Virus record (IMG/VR): IMGVR_UViG_3300025115_000005
Direction: 5' to 3' (one strand)
Source: an uncultured virus (IMG/VR IMGVR_UViG_3300025115_000005)
Lineage: Duplodnaviria; Heunggongvirae; Uroviricota; Caudoviricetes
Length of the DNA stretch: 20,000 bases
In this document: piece by piece, positions 16,293 to 20,000 of the stretch
Layout: the number at the start of each line of letters is the position of its first letter
Numbering within the stretch: the stretch's first letter is position 1
Translations under genes and position numbers: made by a program
The notes under the pieces: model-generated
What the model was told of the DNA's origin: nothing
Seen by the model: the letters and a program-made list of their open reading frames with translations, nothing else
Databases searched by the model: none

Positions 16293-16594
16293 AGAAGGTT
16301 AACTTAAAGAAAGCTTTAAGCTTGCTTGGTTATGAGGTAGTTCAGTATCATAAGAACTACAATTTTCGTAGTGGTTTCATGATGAAGGATGGTCAGTTGT
16401 ATTACTTTAACTATGAGGATCTACGTTGGACTCCTACATTGTTAGTAAGAACTGCTGATCCCACCATCAAGAATAAGAAGGGTGAGTACGCTGATTATAA
16501 AGGCGGGACTAATACTTACCCTGAGGATATGTTACGTAGACTTGGCTATAAGATTGATGAGCCTCGTCAGTCGTGTGATTATAATTCCAATTAA
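16289..16594 (+). CDS. Hypothetical protein (101 aa)
   Basis: RBS AAGGAGG; ATGA overlap. Confidence 0.87.
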   Translation: MKKVNLKKALSLLGYEVVQYHKNYNFRSGFMMKDGQLYYFNYEDLRWTPTLLVRTADPTIKNKKGEYADYKGGTNTYPEDMLRRLGYKIDEPRQSCDYNSN

Positions 16595-16598
16595 GGAG

Positions 16599-16694
16599 GA
16601 AAACATGAACGGTTTATTTATTAGTAAATTATTACGTGCTATTGAGCAAGCTTATCAAATGGAAGATGGGGAGCTCGATGCATTTGTCAATGAG
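16599..16694 (+). repeat. 96-bp exact direct repeat, copy 1 (6 nt upstream plus first 30 codons)
   Basis: Identical base for base to 17342-17437. Confidence 0.97.
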
Positions 16695-17195
16695 TATCCA
16701 CGGACTCAAGAAGAGAGAGATTCAATCGCTCATGACGAACGCTTTGGTGCACCTATACCATTAGGTATGAAAGAAAAAGCAAAACATCTTATTAAGATTC
16801 TTGTTGATAATGATCTGCCTGATGAGGACATACTTGCTGAAGCAATTTGGGATCTCTTTGTATTACAACCTTTCCCTTCTTTAGATGAAGAAGAACAAAC
16901 AACACATCCTTGTGGTGATTGTGCTGAGTATCCTGATTGTGAACGTGATCATACAACTTGTCCGTATGCTGAAGGTTCTTATCAAGAAGCTGGTATTTGT
17001 CCTGTATGTGGTAGCAGTGATTTAGATTATGATTCACTTAAGATTGACGCAGGTCAAGTAGGTTATCCTTGGACATGTAATAGATGTAAATCTCATGGTG
17101 AAGAGTGGTCTAATTTAGATTTTATTGAGCATACAAATATTGTAGATGCTACACAAGATGATGAAGAAGATTACTTCAAGTCAGAGGAGGAATAA
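16605..17195 (+). CDS. Acidic Cys-rich (Zn-ribbon) hypothetical protein (196 aa) with shared 30-aa N-terminus
   Basis: RBS AAGGAGG before ATG 16605; motifs CGDC..C..H..C and CPVC..CNRC. Confidence 0.88.
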   Translation: MNGLFISKLLRAIEQAYQMEDGELDAFVNEYPRTQEERDSIAHDERFGAPIPLGMKEKAKHLIKILVDNDLPDEDILAEAIWDLFVLQPFPSLDEEEQTTHPCGDCAEYPDCERDHTTCPYAEGSYQEAGICPVCGSSDLDYDSLKIDAGQVGYPWTCNRCKSHGEEWSNLDFIEHTNIVDATQDDEEDYFKSEEE

Positions 17196-17196
17196 T

Positions 17197-17343
17197 ATGG
17201 AACAGTATGAAGCTTATAAGTACAGTAGTAAAGAGTGGGCACTATGGGGTAAAACCTGTAAGTGCCCTATTGTTTTTGGGACAAAGAAACGTATGCAAGA
17301 GCTAGCAAAAGAGCTTAATAAAAAAGAAAGAGAAGGTAGATGA
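17197..17343 (+). CDS. Small hypothetical protein (48 aa)
   Basis: RBS GAGGAGG before ATG 17197 (the track starts at 17146). Confidence 0.75.
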   Translation: MEQYEAYKYSSKEWALWGKTCKCPIVFGTKKRMQELAKELNKKEREGR

Positions 17344-17437
17344 AAACATGAACGGTTTATTTATTAGTAAATTATTACGTGCTATTGAGCAAGCTTATCA
17401 AATGGAAGATGGGGAGCTCGATGCATTTGTCAATGAG
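17342..17437 (+). repeat. 96-bp exact direct repeat, copy 2
   Basis: Identical to 16599-16694; offset 743 bp. Confidence 0.97.
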
Positions 17438-18340
17438 GTAGGTGAAATCCCTACTACATTAAGTAAGTTTGAGATGATTACTAAACTTCAATCAGGTCCT
17501 ACTTTAGGATGTTTAGGTTTAGTTAAGACTTTAAAAGATATTGCTAATGCAATACCTGATCCTATAGAGTCTGATGTCATGTTGTCTTTTATTGATGCAA
17601 CAACTGAGAGATTATCCGAAGAGGATATAGATTCTTTAACAGATATTGTTGTCGAAACTTTGGTTGACTTCGACATCATCGAAGAGTCTCCCCATGATCA
17701 AGACTTAAAAGGATATATCTTTGATGAGGATGGTATGCATAATGGTTACGTTATGCTTTCCTTAAAAGATATGGATAGCCTTGCTAAGTTCTTAACACAG
17801 AATGACAAGCGTAAAATGGTTACAGATTTGCTTGACTTACCTGTGGTGTGGACTCTTGATTATCCTATGGGTAATATCTTAGATTTATTCGGTGATGGTT
17901 ACAAGAATTTACGTGCTGAGCTTTTACCTTTTGTGTATAAGTATCAGCAATCTAATCTCGAAGAACCTGAAGAGTTTCCTTATCTTGTATCTGTGTTAGA
18001 TGAGAATAATAATCCTTCAGATAATTTAGATAACTTTGCATTGAAAGAAGATGCTATTGATTATGCTAAAAATAATCCAGGTACTGGTGTCTTTCTTGAA
18101 AAGTATATTGAAGACAAGAACATTTGTGAATATCTTTTGGTATGGCATCCTACTGCTGAAGTAGTTGATGGTATGTATGATCATACTCAATTTATGGAAG
18201 ATATGGATTCAGTTAATCCAAAGAATGTTGTTTCTGAAATCAATTATCATTTGGATTGTATTGATGAAGATGGTTTTTCTAATCTTAAAATTAAAGAAGA
18301 GATTAAACGTCTTTTAAAAACTATTGATAAGGAGAAATAA
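17348..18340 (+). CDS. Highly acidic, probably multi-module hypothetical protein (330 aa) with shared 30-aa N-terminus
   Basis: Long ORF, very Asp/Glu-rich; first 30 aa are identical to those of the 16605 gene. Confidence 0.9.
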   Translation: MNGLFISKLLRAIEQAYQMEDGELDAFVNEVGEIPTTLSKFEMITKLQSGPTLGCLGLVKTLKDIANAIPDPIESDVMLSFIDATTERLSEEDIDSLTDIVVETLVDFDIIEESPHDQDLKGYIFDEDGMHNGYVMLSLKDMDSLAKFLTQNDKRKMVTDLLDLPVVWTLDYPMGNILDLFGDGYKNLRAELLPFVYKYQQSNLEEPEEFPYLVSVLDENNNPSDNLDNFALKEDAIDYAKNNPGTGVFLEKYIEDKNICEYLLVWHPTAEVVDGMYDHTQFMEDMDSVNPKNVVSEINYHLDCIDEDGFSNLKIKEEIKRLLKTIDKEK

Positions 18341-18342
18341 TT

Positions 18343-18612
18343 ATGTCTAAAATTAGTCAAGTTGTTTACGAAACAAGTATTAAAGAGATTGAGAAGTTAG
18401 ATGCTTTAACTATTCAAGAGATTGAAAGACATCCTTTATTATTAAAGGCAAGTCAGTTGAAGAACAGTCACGTTCTTGCTTTGATTAAACAACAAGAGAT
18501 TGATTACAAAGAAAAGGACTTAACTTTAAGAACAACTATGTATCAATTAAGAGAAGAACGTAATGGTATCATGAAAGAAAATATTAAGATACAGGAACAA
18601 AAGTTGAAATGA
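18343..18612 (+). CDS. Small helical/coiled-coil phage protein (89 aa), coupled to the HNH-like gene
   Basis: RBS AAGGAG; ATGA overlap with the next gene. Confidence 0.82.
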   Translation: MSKISQVVYETSIKEIEKLDALTIQEIERHPLLLKASQLKNSHVLALIKQQEIDYKEKDLTLRTTMYQLREERNGIMKENIKIQEQKLK

Positions 18613-19379
18613 TAAATCGTTGGACGAAGGAGAAACTTGCGTGGCTTGTTGAGAGTGCTAATTTGTATAACGATAGAAGAGAAATATTAGCACACTTTAA
18701 TCAAAAATTTTCTACTGATTATACATTAAGACAATTAAGTTTAGCCTCCAATGAATATAAGATATCATTACCTAGAGCTAGTCGACAAAAGTACAAGCGA
18801 TATAATCCGTGGTTAACTAGAGAGAAGACATGGACGGATGAAAAACTTGTATGGCTTAGCTCTAGTAAAGATACTTATGAGGATAGGGAAGATATCCTAA
18901 ATGCCTTCAACAAAAAATTTATTATGGAGGCTACACTTAAAGATTTAAAGACAATTAATAGTAAGTATAATCTTGCCTTACCTAAAGCAAACAGACTTAT
19001 TCAAAAAAGTCTTGAAGCATCATGGATATCTTCTAGAGGTTTTACTGAGAAAGAAATAGGTGATGATCTTCTTTGGGGGAATAACCAAGTGTGTGTTAAA
19101 GTCAGTCATTCTAAAGTTAATAGTGAACGTTATATGCTTAAATCAAGGTATTTATACCAAAAATATCACAACATTAAACTCTCTATAAAAGATTGTATTA
19201 TATTTCTTGATGGTGATACTAATAATTTCAGTAAAGAAAATCTTTATAAGTCATCAAGATTTGTTATAGGTGTTATGGTTGGGTATAAATTAAACAACAC
19301 AAAAACTATTAACAAAGAAACAATAATTAAATACTGTGAATGGAAAGAAAAAATATTTCAATTACAAGGGAAGGACTAA
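18609..19379 (+). CDS. HNH-like endonuclease (HNH_3-type C-terminus) with two N-terminal Myb/SANT-like repeats
   Basis: Repeats RWTKEKLAWL..REILAHFNQKF..TLRQL and TWTDEKLVWL..EDILNAFNKKF..TLKDL; C-terminal SRYLYQKYH..DCIIFLDGDTNNFSKENL. Confidence 0.72.
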   Translation: MINRWTKEKLAWLVESANLYNDRREILAHFNQKFSTDYTLRQLSLASNEYKISLPRASRQKYKRYNPWLTREKTWTDEKLVWLSSSKDTYEDREDILNAFNKKFIMEATLKDLKTINSKYNLALPKANRLIQKSLEASWISSRGFTEKEIGDDLLWGNNQVCVKVSHSKVNSERYMLKSRYLYQKYHNIKLSIKDCIIFLDGDTNNFSKENLYKSSRFVIGVMVGYKLNNTKTINKETIIKYCEWKEKIFQLQGKD

Positions 19380-19412
19380 AAAATGAAAAAACTATAGAAA
19401 GTAGGATAAAAA

Positions 19413-20000
19413 GTGAAACGAACAGAGGAACAAGAAGCTATCATTAAAGCAGTAGAGGAAGGACACAACGTATTCGTAGATGCTTGTATAGGTGCAGGTA
19501 AAACAACTACTTTAAACGATATTTGTATTACATTAAAGAACAAAAAGATACTATATCTAACATATAATAAACTCTTAAAAGAGGATGCCAAGAAACAAAT
19601 CCGTGGTAGAAATGTAGAAGTACATAACTATCATGGGTTTGTTTATCGTTATTTAACCGCATATAGAATTCAATATACACATCAAAACGGAATCAAAGAC
19701 TTCATTAGAAATGCCCAAGATGGAACGATCAATATGCCACAGTATGATGTTATGTTAATTGATGAATATCAAGATATAAACGATGAAGCTTCAAAACTTA
19801 TCAAAATAATAGATTTGTATCAAAAAAAAGAAATGCAAATAGTATTTGTAGGAGATATGAAGCAAAAGATTTACGATACAACAACTATTAACGTCTTAGA
19901 AAATTGTATCTTCTCATTAAGAGATAATTACAAGCAAATGGATCTGACTAATTGCTTTAGATTAAATGAAGAACACGCGAAAATGTTAGGCAACATTTGG
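19413..20000 (+). CDS. Superfamily 1 (UvrD/Rep-like) helicase/ATPase, N-terminal 196 aa (partial)
   Basis: GTG start; Q motif TEEQEAI; Walker A DACIGAGKTT; Ia LYLTYNKLL; Walker B MLIDEYQD; motif III FVGDMKQKIY; motif IV LTNCFR. Open to the window end. Confidence 0.92.
   Translation, partial: MKRTEEQEAIIKAVEEGHNVFVDACIGAGKTTTLNDICITLKNKKILYLTYNKLLKEDAKKQIRGRNVEVHNYHGFVYRYLTAYRIQYTHQNGIKDFIRNAQDGTINMPQYDVMLIDEYQDINDEASKLIKIIDLYQKKEMQIVFVGDMKQKIYDTTTINVLENCIFSLRDNYKQMDLTNCFRLNEEHAKMLGNIW

Noticed and set aside
10748..19379. Stop-codon reassignment as the cause of the many short ORFs
   Set aside because: TAA, TAG and TGA all end genes right before spacers or new RBS/ATG starts, and the >9.6-kb ORF is open in the standard code.
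16792..19591. Minus-strand ORFs 16792-17037, 17488-17679 and 19376-19591
   Set aside because: They are antisense shadows of well-supported + strand genes.

Overview
The window looks like part of a dsDNA phage genome using the standard genetic code, with Gram-positive-type signals (strong Shine-Dalgarno motifs, an extended -10 promoter). It spans a divergent junction. Left arm: one giant minus-strand ORF, starting at ATG 9648 and still open at base 1 (>3216 aa), which the ORF track misses because it has no stop in the window. It has Gly/Ala-rich hydrophobic segments near the N-terminus, like a virion ejection protein, and an intact embedded DEDDh 3'-5' exonuclease domain. Centre (about 9650-10745): non-coding DNA with a sharp G-rich/C-rich switch, a GC-richer hairpin-dense stretch, and four TCCACAnTGTGGA-type palindromes around a (TA)n tract (origin- or operator-like). 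Right arm: more than 20 small co-oriented genes typical of an early/host-takeover region, followed by an HNH-like gene and a partial SF1 helicase. The most striking feature is that the first six small genes are each separated by an ~85-105 nt structured spacer, in the order A-B-C-B'-A'. The three sequence types share one fold: a short hairpin, a long stem with an invariant TGA/TGA G.G mismatch, a short hairpin, then the RBS. This suggests an RNA-processing and/or cassette-shuffling system. Two downstream genes also share an identical 96-bp start (30-aa N-terminus). All calls come from manual reading; no searches or folding programs were run.
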